A stretch of DNA of 64,000 nucleotides from positions 20,829 to 84,828 of the forward strand of contig JAUVWI010000004.1 of NCBI GenBank assembly GCA_030604195.1. Direction: 5' to 3'. The notes under the pieces are model-generated. The model had not been told where the DNA came from and searched no databases. It saw nothing but the letters and a program-made list of their open reading frames with translations. A program made the translations under genes and the position numbers. The stretch comes from Spirochaetales bacterium. Its GTDB lineage: Bacteria > Spirochaetota > Spirochaetia > SZUA-6 > DRHE01. Positions 63,511 to 64,000 of this stretch are shown here, piece after piece. Position 1 is the first letter of the stretch; each line of letters opens with the position of its first letter.

Positions 63511-64000
63511 ATGAACGCTATGAAAATTGCAGTGATGGGGGGAGGAAATGGTTCTCATACGATAGCCGCAGATCTTTCTCTTAAAGGCCATCAGGTTAAT
63601 ATGTTCGAACTAGAGATATTTGCAGAGAGGATGAAAGAGGTGTTTAAATCTCGCCAGATAGAAATATCAGGTGTAGCAGGTCAAGGAAAAGCCCAACTCA
63701 ATCTTGTTACAACGGATATTAAGGAGGCAATTGAAGGTGTTCAGATAATCTTTATTCCCCTACCTGGATTTGCAATTAGTACATATGCCGAACTATTAGC
63801 GCCATATTTGAGAGAGGATCAGCTGGTAATAATTATGCCGGGCACATTGGGAACTCTTGAATTCAGCAATATTCTTAAGAAGAAAGGTAATAAAAAGGAT
63901 ATTGTATTAGCTGAGATCGGAGGCCTTCCTTTTGCTACTAGATTGGTGGGTTCCGGTAAAGTAAAAACATTTCATATCAGGTCTGTTTGCCCATTTGCCA
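63511..64000 (+). CDS. NAD(P)-dependent octopine/nopaline (opine) dehydrogenase-family protein, 3'-truncated by window edge
   Basis: This ORF is not in the ORF track because it has no stop within the window. I translated it by hand and found it open to nt 64000. It has an AGGGGA RBS and the Rossmann motif KIAVMGGGNGSHTIAADLSLKGHQV. LAEIGGLPFATRL is typical of the family. Confidence 0.6.
   Translation, partial: MNAMKIAVMGGGNGSHTIAADLSLKGHQVNMFELEIFAERMKEVFKSRQIEISGVAGQGKAQLNLVTTDIKEAIEGVQIIFIPLPGFAISTYAELLAPYLREDQLVIIMPGTLGTLEFSNILKKKGNKKDIVLAEIGGLPFATRLVGSGKVKTFHIRSVCPFA

Noticed and set aside
1-64000. A search by eye for rRNA, tRNA, CRISPR arrays, IS elements, integrases and prophage genes
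   Set aside because: The largest intergenic gap is about 230 nt. None contains tRNA-like T-arm motifs or regularly spaced repeats, and no ORF shows DDE transposase, tyrosine/serine recombinase or phage structural motifs. A tRNAscan, Infernal and ISfinder run would be the definitive check.

Overview
This is a 64-kb chromosomal segment from a spirochaete-like bacterium. The lineage call rests on the flagellar sheath protein FlaA, a spiro-SPASM-type radical SAM gene, and many lipoproteins and TPR proteins. It holds about 60 tightly packed protein-coding genes, many with overlapping stop and start codons. I recognised no rRNA, tRNA, CRISPR array, transposase or integrase. Blocks in order: (1) flaA, next to a seven-gene overlapping operon running radical SAM, GT-like, cytidylyltransferase, PseG-like/methyltransferase, ATP-grasp, amidase, GerMN. 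(2) xseAB and envelope proteins. (3) A GC-richer ArsR-controlled arsenic island (thioredoxin, CcdA, DGC, ArsP, Acr3) with a duplicated operator/promoter. (4) ychF and a four-gene operon with a 1512-aa BNR/HAMP/PP2C sensor phosphatase. (5) A mutT plus short DnaE-family polymerase pair. (6) Two ECF sigma modules. (7) Scattered metabolic genes (fucI, lysA-like, araB, nitroreductase, AKR, thioesterase) interrupted by a MazEF module. (8) Two DUF4143-type AAA ATPases flanking a ZIP transporter that carries an inserted cNMP-binding domain. (9) A ParD/ParE-like TA locus with an extra RHH gene. (10) The most unusual locus is a translationally coupled TPR protein, a 1610-aa BrxC/PglY-like ATPase fused to a PglZ-like domain, and a RecD2-like helicase. 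It has no methyltransferase partner. I flag it as a candidate undescribed BREX-related, methylase-less system. All calls come from motif reading of the supplied translations and sequence, with no database search.
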